Positions 19,376-29,740 of a stretch of 64,000 bases of DNA are shown piece by piece. Location: sequence record PZ445428.1. One strand, written 5' to 3'. The notes beneath the pieces were generated by a model. The model was not told the origin of the DNA and searched no databases. It saw only the letters and a program-made list of their open reading frames with translations. Within the stretch, counting starts at the first letter, position 1. Each line of letters opens with the position of its first letter. The position numbers and the translations under genes are program-made. The stretch is from a phage.

Positions 19376-21250
19376 TTATTTAGCGCGAACGTCTCTATGT
19401 TTCACTCGACCCATAACCTCATGTTGTTTACCAGGGTTAAAAGGACGTGCTCCTGGGTTCCCAAGATAACCACAAACTCGACGAGTTACCTCTAAAGTTT
19501 CAGGATCATGGTTTCCACAGATAGGACATTTGAATCCATCCTCAGAAGCGATAGTCTCACCCAAGAATCCACACTCACCACAGGAATCTACGGGGGTATT
19601 AATACCGAAGTAATGAACCTTACTTGCAGCATAATTAATAACCCATTCCAATGCATCAGGGAATTTCTTCATATCAGGTAATTCCACATAGGAAATGCAC
19701 CCACCAGAAGCAATTGGGGTAAAGTTAGACTCATAATCAAACTTCACGTTTGGAGCAACCTTACGTTCCACATCAAGGTGATGTGAGTTAGTATAGTATC
19801 CTTTACCAAGAATATCTTCATGCTCTGGGAAATATTCACGGTCTAGACGACAGAAGCGATCACATAGGGATTCAGAAGGCGTTGCATACAAACTGTACCC
19901 TAACTGAGTTTCTTCCTTCTTCTGATCTGCACGATCACGCATATATTGTAAAACACGCTGTACAAACTTAATGCAGGTGTCAGACATTGTATCTACATCC
20001 TTACCAAACATAAACTGTAACATTTCATGGCAGCCAATGTACCCTAGTGATACAGAAGCACGCTTGTAGAAATGATCAAACACATATTCATCGGGCCCCA
20101 GACGTAATCCAAAGGCTCCTGACATATAGAGGATGGGCGCAGCTTTAGCTTGAATGTATTTTAAGCGATCAACCCTCCACTCCAATGCTTTAAGTGCAGT
20201 ATCAACACGCAGCTCAAGCAGATCGAAAAACAGATCAATATCTCCATCGGCTTCGATAGCGATTCGAGGAAGGTTTACAGAAACGACACCTAAGTTATTA
20301 CGACCTGATGTTTCTCCATCTTCCGCAGCAGCTAAGAATGAGCGGCAGCCCATAGAAACTTTGTAGTCTCCAGTAACTTCAACTACCTTATCATAGCTGA
20401 TATAGTCAGGATACATACGTTCGGCAGTACACTTCATAGCTAACTTCTTGATATCGTAGTTTACATCACCAGGTTTCATATTAACGCCATCACGAAGTAC
20501 AAATACCAGTTTAGGGAAGATTGCAGTACGTTTATTGATACCCAGACCATCCATACGTACTTCTAGGATTGCTTTCTGTACAAGACGAGCTTCCCAAGAA
20601 GTTCCTAAACCAAAGCCAAAGGTGATAAAAGGACTCTGACCATTAGAGTTGAACATCGTATTGATCTCATACTCTAGACCCTGACAGGCGTCGTAAACTT
20701 CTTTCTCAGTCATTTCCGTAGCCATTACAGATGCTTTGGCTTCGTCCTTAGTCCAACGCTTAGCGAACGCATGGTTCTTATCATAAGATTTACGAACGTA
20801 AGGGGCTAATACTTCATCAAGACGGTCAACAGAAGTACCGCCATATTGATGGGAGCTAACCTGAGTAATAATCTGAGCTGTAATAGCAGCCGCAGTAGTG
20901 ATAGAATTTGGCGTACTGATTTCAGCATTACCAACCTTCATACCATTCTTCAACATATCTTCCAAAGCAACGAGGCAACAGTTAGTCATACCTAAAGCTG
21001 CATAGTCAGCATCGTGGAAGTGAATATCACCAATCATATGAGCATTTCGAATCTGAATCGGCATTTCTTCTAGAATCAGATACTTACTCAACTCACCTGC
21101 TAGCATATCCCTTTGAGTAGGGAAGCGTTCTGAAGGTTTATTGGCGTTATTAAACAGCAGCTCTTCATCTGCTGAACCTTCGATAATTTCCTTGCAGTTT
21201 GTAATTAAAGACTGCATTCTTTTAATCTTCATCTGATCATTGTGATTCAT
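19376..21250 (-). CDS. nrdD: anaerobic ribonucleoside-triphosphate reductase (class III)
   Basis: 624 aa; C-terminal Cys cluster and glycyl-radical motif RVCGYLG. Confidence 0.9.
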   Translation of the reverse strand: MNHNDQMKIKRMQSLITNCKEIIEGSADEELLFNNANKPSERFPTQRDMLAGELSKYLILEEMPIQIRNAHMIGDIHFHDADYAALGMTNCCLVALEDMLKNGMKVGNAEISTPNSITTAAAITAQIITQVSSHQYGGTSVDRLDEVLAPYVRKSYDKNHAFAKRWTKDEAKASVMATEMTEKEVYDACQGLEYEINTMFNSNGQSPFITFGFGLGTSWEARLVQKAILEVRMDGLGINKRTAIFPKLVFVLRDGVNMKPGDVNYDIKKLAMKCTAERMYPDYISYDKVVEVTGDYKVSMGCRSFLAAAEDGETSGRNNLGVVSVNLPRIAIEADGDIDLFFDLLELRVDTALKALEWRVDRLKYIQAKAAPILYMSGAFGLRLGPDEYVFDHFYKRASVSLGYIGCHEMLQFMFGKDVDTMSDTCIKFVQRVLQYMRDRADQKKEETQLGYSLYATPSESLCDRFCRLDREYFPEHEDILGKGYYTNSHHLDVERKVAPNVKFDYESNFTPIASGGCISYVELPDMKKFPDALEWVINYAASKVHYFGINTPVDSCGECGFLGETIASEDGFKCPICGNHDPETLEVTRRVCGYLGNPGARPFNPGKQHEVMGRVKHRDVRAK

Positions 21251-21279
21251 TATATTCTCCTTCTCTAACTAAGACTACT

Positions 21280-21308
21280 ATTATAGCTCATTTGAAGGCG
21301 TATGTCAA
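21280..21308 (-). promoter_or_regulatory. consensus sigma70 promoter for nrdD
   Basis: Reverse complement reads TTGACAtacgccttcaaatgagcTATAAT. Confidence 0.6.
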
Positions 21309-21366
21309 TATAAATTTTCTAAAGAGCTAAGTAACTTGATCTGGCTCAATTTTTGGAAAATTGTTG

Positions 21367-21396
21367 TTGACACCTTACCCTATTTTATACTATAAT
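21367..21396 (+). promoter_or_regulatory. consensus sigma70 promoter, divergent from the nrdD promoter
   Basis: TTGACAccttaccctattttatacTATAAT. Confidence 0.55.
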
Positions 21397-21508
21397 CCCG
21401 CGCCCATGTACGCGATATAAAATGATTATCTAGTATCATACATCTCCCTCTATAAGCAAGCAAATTTTTTATTTAACTGCAATGTCATAGGCTTATTTAA
21501 AATTGTAG

Positions 21509-21537
21509 TTGCTTTTTACTGTAGATATTGGTATAAT
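21509..21537 (+). promoter_or_regulatory. sigma70 promoter for phoH
   Basis: TTGCTTtttactgtagatattggTATAAT. Confidence 0.55.
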
Positions 21538-21610
21538 ATATTTGTAAGTTGATAAACAAGATCTTTTTGTTGATCCTCTGTTAGCGAAGTACACTATAGG
21601 AGTGTTATTT

Positions 21611-22360
21611 ATGGGAAAACTGCGTCAGAAAAGAGAAACCCGTAACGGGTCAAGAAAGCGTAACAGCAACTACGAAGATAACATTATTCAGGGAAACTTC
21701 TCTGATTTTGCTATTCCCGTTGCTAAGTCCCTAGAAGGTAAAAACAAAGAGCAAAAATCATATATCAATATGATCAAGAACAACACCATTACCGTTGGTA
21801 TTGGTGAACCAGGTACGGGTAAGACTTTTATCCCTTCCGTTCTTGCTGCTCAGGAACTTACTAATCCTCGCTCTAATATTGAGCAAGTGATTTTAGTGCG
21901 TCCTAACGAACCTCTAGGCAAATCTCTTGGGATGCTACCGGGTGACCTGGCTGAGAAGCTAGAACCTTGGCTGGAACCGATTGCAGATGGCATGAAATGG
22001 GCTATAGGTGATCAGGCATATAAAGGGTATGTAGAACGTCAGAAAGTTAAATTCCTGGCTATCGAGCATGCTCGTGGACGAACTTTCAACAACTCCTATG
22101 TGATTGTCGATGAAGCTCAGAATATCTCAGTCGAAGCAATGATCTGTCTCCTAACTCGTGTAGGACAAGATTGTCGCTTAGTCATTTGCGGAGATATCGC
22201 TCAGAAAGACATTAAGGGTGACTCAGGCTTAGCACTTCTAATGGAAGTGTATAAGAGGTATGATTACTCTCCATTCTCAATGATTGAACTTATTGAGAAC
22301 GTACGTTCCCGAGAATCTAAAGCATTCTATGACATCTTTAAAGAGATGGGGCTGGTGTAA
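21611..22360 (+). CDS. phoH: PhoH-like ATPase
   Basis: Walker A GIGEPGTGKTF and Walker B VIVDEAQN; start moved to ATG after TAGGAG. Confidence 0.85.
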   Translation: MGKLRQKRETRNGSRKRNSNYEDNIIQGNFSDFAIPVAKSLEGKNKEQKSYINMIKNNTITVGIGEPGTGKTFIPSVLAAQELTNPRSNIEQVILVRPNEPLGKSLGMLPGDLAEKLEPWLEPIADGMKWAIGDQAYKGYVERQKVKFLAIEHARGRTFNNSYVIVDEAQNISVEAMICLLTRVGQDCRLVICGDIAQKDIKGDSGLALLMEVYKRYDYSPFSMIELIENVRSRESKAFYDIFKEMGLV

Positions 22361-22361
22361 T

Positions 22362-22604
22362 ATGGGAAATGTCGTACATCTACATCGCAAAACTAAAATT
22401 CACCGCACTTCGCTGAGTGCTGCAAACATGATTACCCGTAAAGAGGGTGAAGAAAGTCCTAAGACTTCTCTAGCATGGAAAATTGTAGCCTCTAATCCAA
22501 ATCGACCGTTCAACTATAATGAATTGAATACTTCCGTAGATATTTTAATGGCTAAGGAAATACGAGAGAAATTAAGAGATATGGCCGATAAAATTAAACG
22601 GTAA
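22362..22604 (+). CDS. hypothetical protein
   Basis: 80 aa; ATG directly after phoH stop. Confidence 0.45.
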   Translation: MGNVVHLHRKTKIHRTSLSAANMITRKEGEESPKTSLAWKIVASNPNRPFNYNELNTSVDILMAKEIREKLRDMADKIKR

Positions 22605-22609
22605 GACAG

Positions 22610-22645
22610 ATGAGCCTGGGTATGAAAATATCCGGGCTCTTTTTA
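22610..22645 (+). terminator. intrinsic terminator
   Basis: GAGCCTGG...CCGGGCTC hairpin followed by TTTTTA. Confidence 0.5.
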
Positions 22646-22660
22646 TCTGTAAAATTGTAC

Positions 22661-22689
22661 TTGCATAATGACTCAAAACAAAGTAGAAT
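22661..22689 (+). promoter_or_regulatory. sigma70 promoter for nrdA
   Basis: TTGCATaatgactcaaaacaaagTAGAAT. Confidence 0.45.
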
Positions 22690-22727
22690 ATTTCCTAAAT
22701 CCTGAGAACTACAAAAAGGAAACTGCA

Positions 22728-25061
22728 ATGGACTTTCGAATCACAAAAGTAATTAAACGCGACGGTACGATCCAGGACTTTGCTCCTGAAAAACTCAACG
22801 ACTGGGCTGCGTGGGCATGTAAGAATGCTAACGTTAGCTGGTCTGCCGTAGTTATGGCTGCACTGAAAAATCTACCTAAAGGGGTTGTAGATTCCGATAC
22901 ACTTCAAGATGTATTAATCAAAGCAGCAGAAGGTTTGATCAAAGATAACCCTGCGTATGATGAAGTAGCGAAGGAATTACGTCTTGCACAGATGCGTAAA
23001 CGCCTGTATGATTCCTATGAACCACCTTCTTTACGTTTCTTCCATGACCACATGGTTAAAGTTGGGGCTTGGGAAGATATGAGTGCATGGATTTCCGATG
23101 AACAGTTTGACGCTTTGAATGGTGTTATTGATCATGAACGTGATCGTCTCTTCACTAGCGGTGGTCTGAAACAGTTCTTCGATAAGTATTCCCGTCGTAA
23201 TATCGCAACTGGCGAAATTTACGAAACCCCGCAATTTGCCTACATGGGTATGGCAATGGCGATGTTATCTCAACCTAACTGGACAATTCTGGATGCAATC
23301 GACCTCTACAATGCAATGTCGCTCCATAAAATCAACGTTCCTACTCCGCCACTGGTTGGTCTGCGCTCTAGTGACCGTGGATTTGCTAGTTGCTGCCTCG
23401 TGGATTCCACGGACACGCTGGATTCAATCGACACAGCCGAGCACATCGTTTTCAAAATGGTCGCAGCCAGAGCGGGAATCGGGTATCATCTTGAAAGCCG
23501 ATCAATTGCTGATCCGGTGCGAAATGGGGCGTTCCCGCATTCCGGAAAACTGCCATATTATAGACACATCGACCGTTCAGTAAAAGCGAACACTCAGCAA
23601 ACCCGTGGTGGTTCTGCTACTGTATCTTATCCGTACTTCGATCCTGAAATCATTCAGTTGATGCAGGTTAAACAGCAACGTGCTACAGACGAGAACAAAA
23701 TCGATAAGATGGACTACTCTCTGAGCTTTAACAACCTTCTATTGAAACGTTATCTGAAAAACGAAGATATTACGCTCATGTCTTACTTCTATGCACCAGA
23801 AGTCCACGAAGCGTTTTATGGGGAAGATGAGGCTAAGTTTGAAGAAATCTATGTGGCAGCGGAGAAACGTGTGGCATCTCTTACAAAGATCGACCACGAA
23901 GGAAAAACAATTCCAGCAGCTCCTAAAATCCCTGCAAAAGAAATCCTAGATACTTGGTTACGTATCCGTATGGAAACAGGTCGTATGTACGCTCATCACA
24001 TTGGGGAATCTAACCGTCATGGTAACTTCCTTGACCCGATTCGTATGACCAACCTTTGTGTAGAGATTACCCAGCCAACTCGTCCATTCCAGCACATTAC
24101 GGAACTGTACAAAACTCCAGATCAACTGGATGATATGCGTCCAGAAGATATTGGTGAAGTATCTCTGTGTAACCTGGGTGGTGTTGTTCTAGGCCGTATG
24201 AGTTCTCTGGCAGAATGGGAGAAAACTTGCTACATCCTTCTGAAATTCGTTGATACTATCATTGAAATTCAGGACTATCCGTTCCCAACTATGGAATACA
24301 CGGCTAAGAAGCGTCGTAACGTAGGTATTGGTCTGATGAATGCAGCAGGTGCAATGGCAGCAGAAGGTCTGGCTTACGAAGGTGAAGAAGCTCGTAACTG
24401 GATTCACCGTGAAGCTGAGAAGCTCTCTTACTTCCTGCATAAAGCCTCTGTACGTCTGGCAAAAGAACAAGGTGCATGTGATTGGTTTAACCGTACCAAA
24501 CCTTCTCAAGGAACTCTGGTAATCGACACCTATAAGAAAACTGTTGATGAACTGGTATCCGTAGGTCTAGAAATGGATTGGGAATCTCTGCGTGCAGATA
24601 TCCTGAAATACGGTATGCGTAACTCTGTTCTGACAGCTCAGATGCCTGGTGAAAGTTCTTCTGTACTGTTAGGTGTTACCAACTCAATTGAGCCACCTCG
24701 TAAGATTGTATCTATCAAGGGTAGTGCAGTGAACAAAGTAATTGCAATTGCTCCAGGTGCAACTGATTGGGATACTCTCATGAGCTATAAACTAGCCTAT
24801 GATGTAGATCGCATTGAGTGGATCAAGTGGGTAGCAACTATGCAGAAATTCTTCAGCCAGTCTATTAGTACGAACATGTACTATGACTACACCAAGTTTG
24901 AGAATGAAATCATTCCTGGCCCAGTAGTAGTTCGTGATTTCATGACTGCTGTTAAGTACGGATGGAAGACTTGGTACTACGCTAACTTCAACACTGAAAA
25001 CGGTGGTGGAGCAGGTGAAGAAGCCGCAGCTGGTTGTGCATCAGGTGGTTGCCAACTTTAA
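22728..25061 (+). CDS. nrdA: ribonucleoside-diphosphate reductase alpha subunit (class Ia)
   Basis: ATP-cone start MDFRITKVIKRDG; active-site TNLCVEI; C-terminal CASGGCQL. Confidence 0.9.
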   Translation: MDFRITKVIKRDGTIQDFAPEKLNDWAAWACKNANVSWSAVVMAALKNLPKGVVDSDTLQDVLIKAAEGLIKDNPAYDEVAKELRLAQMRKRLYDSYEPPSLRFFHDHMVKVGAWEDMSAWISDEQFDALNGVIDHERDRLFTSGGLKQFFDKYSRRNIATGEIYETPQFAYMGMAMAMLSQPNWTILDAIDLYNAMSLHKINVPTPPLVGLRSSDRGFASCCLVDSTDTLDSIDTAEHIVFKMVAARAGIGYHLESRSIADPVRNGAFPHSGKLPYYRHIDRSVKANTQQTRGGSATVSYPYFDPEIIQLMQVKQQRATDENKIDKMDYSLSFNNLLLKRYLKNEDITLMSYFYAPEVHEAFYGEDEAKFEEIYVAAEKRVASLTKIDHEGKTIPAAPKIPAKEILDTWLRIRMETGRMYAHHIGESNRHGNFLDPIRMTNLCVEITQPTRPFQHITELYKTPDQLDDMRPEDIGEVSLCNLGGVVLGRMSSLAEWEKTCYILLKFVDTIIEIQDYPFPTMEYTAKKRRNVGIGLMNAAGAMAAEGLAYEGEEARNWIHREAEKLSYFLHKASVRLAKEQGACDWFNRTKPSQGTLVIDTYKKTVDELVSVGLEMDWESLRADILKYGMRNSVLTAQMPGESSSVLLGVTNSIEPPRKIVSIKGSAVNKVIAIAPGATDWDTLMSYKLAYDVDRIEWIKWVATMQKFFSQSISTNMYYDYTKFENEIIPGPVVVRDFMTAVKYGWKTWYYANFNTENGGGAGEEAAAGCASGGCQL

Positions 25062-25069
25062 TAAAACTA

Positions 25070-25096
25070 AGGAGATCTTCGGGTCTCCTTTTTCTT
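25070..25096 (+). terminator. intrinsic terminator with UUCG tetraloop
   Basis: AGGAGATC-ttcg-GGTCTCCT followed by TTTTCTTT. Confidence 0.65.
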
Positions 25097-25107
25097 TGAA
25101 ATTTTAC

Positions 25108-25136
25108 TTGCTAATCGCGACCTGATTTGCTATAAT
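25108..25136 (+). promoter_or_regulatory. sigma70 promoter for the HNH endonuclease gene
   Basis: TTGCTAatcgcgacctgatttgcTATAAT. Confidence 0.6.
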
Positions 25137-25160
25137 ATCTCTATATTAAGGAGATATACT

Positions 25161-25679
25161 GTGAAACCTCAATTAACAAAAGAATTTCTAGAGAAATACC
25201 TAGAACTCAGAGAAGATACACTCTATTGGAAGCCAAGAGAAACTAACAAGGGTGGATTTAACACTAGATTTGCTGGAAAACCTGTAGGAGCCGTCAATGG
25301 AAATGGCTACCTATGCTTCCGACTTAATGTGGAAGGTTATAGATGGGAGTTAAGAAATCATGTAGTAATCTTCTGTCTCTATTATGGATATTACCCTACT
25401 AAGACAGTAGATCATAAAGATACAAATAAACTTAATAACCACCCTTTAAGTCTAAGGGAATCAACCGATGCTGGTAACGCCCAAAATAGAGGAGCTGGTA
25501 AAAACAATACTCATGGGCATAAAAACCTAGAGCCTCTTAGTTCAGGAAACTGGAGGGTTAGGATAACACACAACGGTACTGTTTATAGATCTTCCGCAAT
25601 GCCTTTAGAAAAAGCTCTAGAACATAGAGATATTAAACTTAAAGAATTTCATGGTGAATACGCTAATAATGGAGAATAA
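25161..25679 (+). CDS. HNH homing endonuclease, free-standing between nrdA and nrdB
   Basis: GTG start after AAGGAGA; NUMOD-like YWKPRE...GYLCFRL and HNH region TVDHKDTNKLNNHPLSLRE. Confidence 0.7.
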   Translation: MKPQLTKEFLEKYLELREDTLYWKPRETNKGGFNTRFAGKPVGAVNGNGYLCFRLNVEGYRWELRNHVVIFCLYYGYYPTKTVDHKDTNKLNNHPLSLRESTDAGNAQNRGAGKNNTHGHKNLEPLSSGNWRVRITHNGTVYRSSAMPLEKALEHRDIKLKEFHGEYANNGE

Positions 25680-25682
25680 TTA

Positions 25683-26828
25683 ATGACAACCTTACTAAAT
25701 CTGAACTGGAATCCTGATTCTGAAGAGCTATTTCTGGGTGATGCTTTGGGAGTAGCAGACTATGTTCGTGTTGCTCATCCAGAGCTAGAACGACTTGCAC
25801 TATTGCAGAGGAGCCAGTTTTGGACTGAAACAGAAATCAGTCTAGAAAGTGACAAAAAGCAATGGCCTAATCTCCCAAGAGAAATACAAGAAATCACTCT
25901 GCTGAATTTAGCTTGGCAGGTTCAAACAGATTCATTTATTAGTAGAGCACCAGAAGCCGCAGTACTTCCTTTGGTTAGTCGCCCTGAGTTAGAGGGAATG
26001 CTAAAGCAGTGGAGCTACTTCGAAGATCTGCACAGCCGTGCTTATAGCAACATTATCCGTAACGTTCTGACTGATCCAGCAGAATTTATCGATTCTGTTA
26101 CAAAAAACCAAGAAGCATTCGCACGTATCGCTGATTCCGTAGAACTGTTCGATGAACTGTATCAATTAGGTCAGTATTTCATCGCAGTACGTGACCATCG
26201 TGGTGACAATACTTATCCAGAAACCGAGTTTCCTGAAGTTAAACGTGAAACTCAGGCTAAACTGTTAGATGCCTATTTTGCAATCTATGGTCTGGAAGCA
26301 ATGCAGTTCTACGCATCTTTTGCTTGTACCTTTGCTCTAGCAGAAAACGATATTCTGCAAGGTATTGCTAAGAACCTGCAATTGATTGCTAAAGATGAAG
26401 CTCTGCATACTCAAATGTCCAAAGCAGTTATCCAGATCATGTTCCAGCAGTTCGACCAAGATCTGATTGATGAAGCTCTGGCTAAAGCACCAGCGCAGCT
26501 TTTGAAAACTCTGCAAACTGAAATCAACTGGGGCCACTTTATCTTTAAAGGCCGTAGTCTGATTGGTCTGAACGCAGAACTTCTGGAAGAATACCTTTAC
26601 TTTGTAGGACGTAACGCATTTATGCATATTGGCGTAGAATGGCCGAGCAATCTGCCAGTAATTACTAAGAACCCAATTCCGTGGATCATGAACTGGCTGG
26701 ATACTACCTCTTTACAACCTGCTCCACAGGAAATCCAGATTGGTGCAGCTTATCGTGTAGGTCAGGTAACTGAGACTTCAACTGATACCTTGAAAGACCT
26801 GGGTAATGAATTTGAGGGCATGTTCTAA
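25683..26828 (+). CDS. nrdB: ribonucleoside-diphosphate reductase beta subunit
   Basis: 381 aa; di-iron ligand motif KDEALHT. Confidence 0.9.
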   Translation: MTTLLNLNWNPDSEELFLGDALGVADYVRVAHPELERLALLQRSQFWTETEISLESDKKQWPNLPREIQEITLLNLAWQVQTDSFISRAPEAAVLPLVSRPELEGMLKQWSYFEDLHSRAYSNIIRNVLTDPAEFIDSVTKNQEAFARIADSVELFDELYQLGQYFIAVRDHRGDNTYPETEFPEVKRETQAKLLDAYFAIYGLEAMQFYASFACTFALAENDILQGIAKNLQLIAKDEALHTQMSKAVIQIMFQQFDQDLIDEALAKAPAQLLKTLQTEINWGHFIFKGRSLIGLNAELLEEYLYFVGRNAFMHIGVEWPSNLPVITKNPIPWIMNWLDTTSLQPAPQEIQIGAAYRVGQVTETSTDTLKDLGNEFEGMF

Positions 26829-27364
26829 TGATAGCAGCAATCTATGCAACTGGGCCGAAAGGGGAGTTCGGCCTCAATGGTAGACTCCCTTGGGGTTCCT
26901 TCAAAGAGGAACTAGATATATTTTATGCCACACTAGATTCTCTAGCACCTGATAACATCATCATTGGTGCAGGTACGTGGTTGGGCTTTCCTGAAACGCT
27001 TCAAAAGCGGATTTTAGGGGATTCTGATCTGTTTATTTATGCCAATGCCCACAAGCCTTTACCAGAAACTATTGGGTGCCCTACTCGAATTACTAGCATT
27101 GGGTATACTTTGCCTGAATTCTTTAAGGAAGAAGTAACAGTAGTATTGGGCGGAGCAGCTTTGCTCCTAGAGATGTATGCTAAAAATCACTTAGACATGG
27201 CATATGTTTCGACAATCGCATCAGCAACACCATTATCAGCTGATGTACACTTGCATCCACATATTACTATGACTAACTCGATGGCAACCAGAATGGAGTA
27301 TGCATCAGGGGAGAATGCGGATAAAACCCTTTCCTTCCTACAGGAGCTGGTAACGTTTAAATGA
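26828..27364 (+). CDS. folA: dihydrofolate reductase
   Basis: N-terminus [22 protein letters not shown] and VVLGGAALL resemble FolA; ATGA overlap with nrdB. Confidence 0.65.
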   Translation: MIAAIYATGPKGEFGLNGRLPWGSFKEELDIFYATLDSLAPDNIIIGAGTWLGFPETLQKRILGDSDLFIYANAHKPLPETIGCPTRITSIGYTLPEFFKEEVTVVLGGAALLLEMYAKNHLDMAYVSTIASATPLSADVHLHPHITMTNSMATRMEYASGENADKTLSFLQELVTFK

Positions 27365-28215
27365 AACAATATATTGAAACAGGAAAACGTATTCTCGAAG
27401 AAGGTCAGTGGGTAACTAATCCTAGAACAGGTGTACGTTGCCTCACTATTATTGATGCAGATTTCACTTTTAATGTGGGGGCTAATGAATTTCCTCTTAT
27501 TACTACTCGTAAGGCATTTGCAAAACAAGCAATAATGGAAATGATTGGCTATCTACGTGGTTATGACTCCGCAGCACAATTCCGCGATATCGGGGTTAAT
27601 ACGTGGAACGCTAATGCAAATGAAAACCTTGCATGGTTGGATAATCCATATCGTAAAGGCGAGGATGATATGGGACGGGTCTATGGTGTTCAAGGACGTC
27701 ATTGGACAAACTCTGATGGTCTTATGTTTGACCAATTATCCAAGATCTATCGTAACCTGAAAAGAGGGATTGATGATCGTGGGGAAATTCTAACTTTCTG
27801 GAATCCGGGGGAGTTCTCAAAGGGCTGCTTGCGTCCTTGTATGCACACCCATCAGTTCTCTATTCTAGGTGATACCTTATATCTGAATTCATTTCAGAGG
27901 TCTAATGACTTCCTGCTAGGCCAGGTATTTAACATGGTTCAATGCTACGCTTTGCTTGCAATCATGGCTCAAATCACTGGATATAAACCTGGGATCGCTC
28001 GCCAAAAGATCGTGAATCTTCACATCTATGAGAATCAGTATGAAGTTCTAATGGAACACAAACAGTTTGATCGTGAACCTTTTGAGCCGCCTCATCTGAT
28101 TATTAATCCAGATATTCGAACTTTGGATGATGTATTAACTTGGGTAAGTAAGGATGATTTTACTGTTCGTGGCTATGAACATCATCCTGCTATTGCATAT
28201 CCATTTACGGTGTAA
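27361..28215 (+). CDS. thyA: thymidylate synthase
   Basis: [15 protein letters not shown] start, PLITTRK, and active-site Cys in [10 protein letters not shown] resemble ThyA. Confidence 0.85.
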   Translation: MKQYIETGKRILEEGQWVTNPRTGVRCLTIIDADFTFNVGANEFPLITTRKAFAKQAIMEMIGYLRGYDSAAQFRDIGVNTWNANANENLAWLDNPYRKGEDDMGRVYGVQGRHWTNSDGLMFDQLSKIYRNLKRGIDDRGEILTFWNPGEFSKGCLRPCMHTHQFSILGDTLYLNSFQRSNDFLLGQVFNMVQCYALLAIMAQITGYKPGIARQKIVNLHIYENQYEVLMEHKQFDREPFEPPHLIINPDIRTLDDVLTWVSKDDFTVRGYEHHPAIAYPFTV

Positions 28216-28218
28216 CAT

Positions 28219-28572
28219 ATGTTAATTATACTATTATTTGTAATATTCTTTCTAAAACATTTTATGGCCGATTATCCTCTCCAAACACCATATATGCTAA
28301 GAAAGACTCATAAAATAGGGTGGAAACTTCCATTATTAACCCATTCTCTAGTACATGCTGTATTAACATTTGCAATTCTAATTCTATTCACATCACTAGG
28401 GATGGCTATAGCTTTAGCTATTATGGAATTAATTTTACACTTTATTATAGATTATTGGAAAGCACAACGCTGTAAGTACGCTATAAGCGATGCTAAGTTT
28501 TGGATAGCTTTAGGATTTGATCAGTTACTGCACTATCTGACATACGCCTTAATAATCTTGATTATAATCTAA
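28219..28572 (+). CDS. hypothetical integral membrane protein
   Basis: 117 aa, strongly hydrophobic. Confidence 0.5.
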   Translation: MLIILLFVIFFLKHFMADYPLQTPYMLRKTHKIGWKLPLLTHSLVHAVLTFAILILFTSLGMAIALAIMELILHFIIDYWKAQRCKYAISDAKFWIALGFDQLLHYLTYALIILIII

Positions 28573-28577
28573 CTCAA

Positions 28578-28601
28578 ATAGCCCTTCGGGGCTATTATAT
28601 T
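28578..28601 (+). terminator. intrinsic terminator with UUCG tetraloop
   Basis: ATAGCCC-ttcg-GGGCTAT followed by a T-rich run. Confidence 0.55.
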
Positions 28602-28611
28602 TAAATTTCAT

Positions 28612-28640
28612 TTGCTTACTGAGTGAAATTCAAATATAAT
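28612..28640 (+). promoter_or_regulatory. sigma70 early promoter
   Basis: TTGCTTactgagtgaaattcaaaTATAAT. Confidence 0.6.
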
Positions 28641-28664
28641 ATATTTTATAAATTGGAGACACCT

Positions 28665-28919
28665 ATGGGACTCTTTAAAAAGAAAGTTTATTTAACACAA
28701 AGTCAAGAACGCAGGTTCTTAACTCTGTCTCAGTATTATCACTTACCTTTCGATCATTTCGTAGAACGGGCGATAGAACAATTCCTAGAAAAGGAACTAA
28801 GGGCAATAAGACCCGAACCGCCAAGAGTACCCAATGATGCACAGAGAGGCCACCCACGTATTCCTCCTATGCCGCCAATTCCTCAGGCGACTAGGGTCAT
28901 TGTAGAGGGCGAAAAATAA
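28665..28919 (+). CDS. hypothetical protein
   Basis: Start moved to ATG after GGAGAC; the track start lies inside the promoter. Confidence 0.45.
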   Translation: MGLFKKKVYLTQSQERRFLTLSQYYHLPFDHFVERAIEQFLEKELRAIRPEPPRVPNDAQRGHPRIPPMPPIPQATRVIVEGEK

Positions 28920-29188
28920 TGTCTATTCTTTTATCTGCTTTAGAAGCAAAACAAAATACTATTGCTGTTATTAAACAGGAAGTAATTGACCTAGAATCAC
29001 TTATTGCCGTAGAGATTGATAAAGCAATCAAAGAAAAAGAATTTAACTGCCATATTCAGGGATTAACTGAATATTCAGAAAACGCCAGAAACAGCGTTAT
29101 GCAACGACTTACTAAACTAGGCTATATCGTAGAGGCTAAGTATGAGCAGCGTGAAGGTTTTTGGCTTGAAATTGACTGGAGCAAATAA
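28919..29188 (+). CDS. hypothetical protein
   Basis: 89-aa ORF with ATG overlapping the upstream stop. Confidence 0.5.
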   Translation: MSILLSALEAKQNTIAVIKQEVIDLESLIAVEIDKAIKEKEFNCHIQGLTEYSENARNSVMQRLTKLGYIVEAKYEQREGFWLEIDWSK

Positions 29189-29664
29189 TGTCGGTTTTCC
29201 ACATATATACAGATGGTGCATGTAAAGGTAATCCTGGGTTAGGCGCTTGGGGTTTTGTAGTATATGATCCTACTGATGAACGTTTAGGTTCTAAATCCGG
29301 TTTTAATCCAAAAACCACAAATAATGAGATGGAACTCACAGCTATTGTTGAAGTTCTACGTTGGGCTACTAAAAATGATAAGCGCCCAGCTATGATCTAC
29401 ACTGACTCTACATACTGTAAAAATGGCATGGAAAGCTGGGTTTTCTCCTGGCAGAAAAAAGGCTGGAAGAAAGCCGATGGAGAAGCCCCTCTTAACCTAG
29501 AGTTGTGGAAAGAAGCATTCTCATTACTACAAAAATACATAAACTTCCACGACACCACACCGACCTTCGTTAAAGTCAAGGGGCACTCAGGTGGTCCTAG
29601 AAATGACGAAGTAGACGCTCTATGTAATACAGTTATAACAGAGCAAGAGTTAGCTGAGATGTAA
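29188..29664 (+). CDS. rnhA: ribonuclease H
   Basis: FTDGACKGNPGLGAWG, TTNNEMEL, YTDSTY, KGHSG and DEVDALC align with E. coli RNase HI. Confidence 0.85.
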   Translation: MSVFHIYTDGACKGNPGLGAWGFVVYDPTDERLGSKSGFNPKTTNNEMELTAIVEVLRWATKNDKRPAMIYTDSTYCKNGMESWVFSWQKKGWKKADGEAPLNLELWKEAFSLLQKYINFHDTTPTFVKVKGHSGGPRNDEVDALCNTVITEQELAEM

Positions 29665-29684
29665 TAAATAAATTAAAAATTCAG

Positions 29685-29713
29685 TTGCTTAAAGCCCTCG
29701 ATTTTAGTATAAT
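29685..29713 (+). promoter_or_regulatory. sigma70 early promoter
   Basis: TTGCTTaaagccctcgattttagTATAAT; spacer GCCCTC is complementary to the downstream GAGGAGGGC. Confidence 0.6.
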
Positions 29714-29740
29714 ATTCATATTGAAAGTGAGGAGGGCTTT

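Noticed and set aside
25683-28215. Introns in nrdB or thyA as in T4
   Set aside because: Both genes are continuous single ORFs with full-length products; the HNH gene is free-standing, not intron-encoded.
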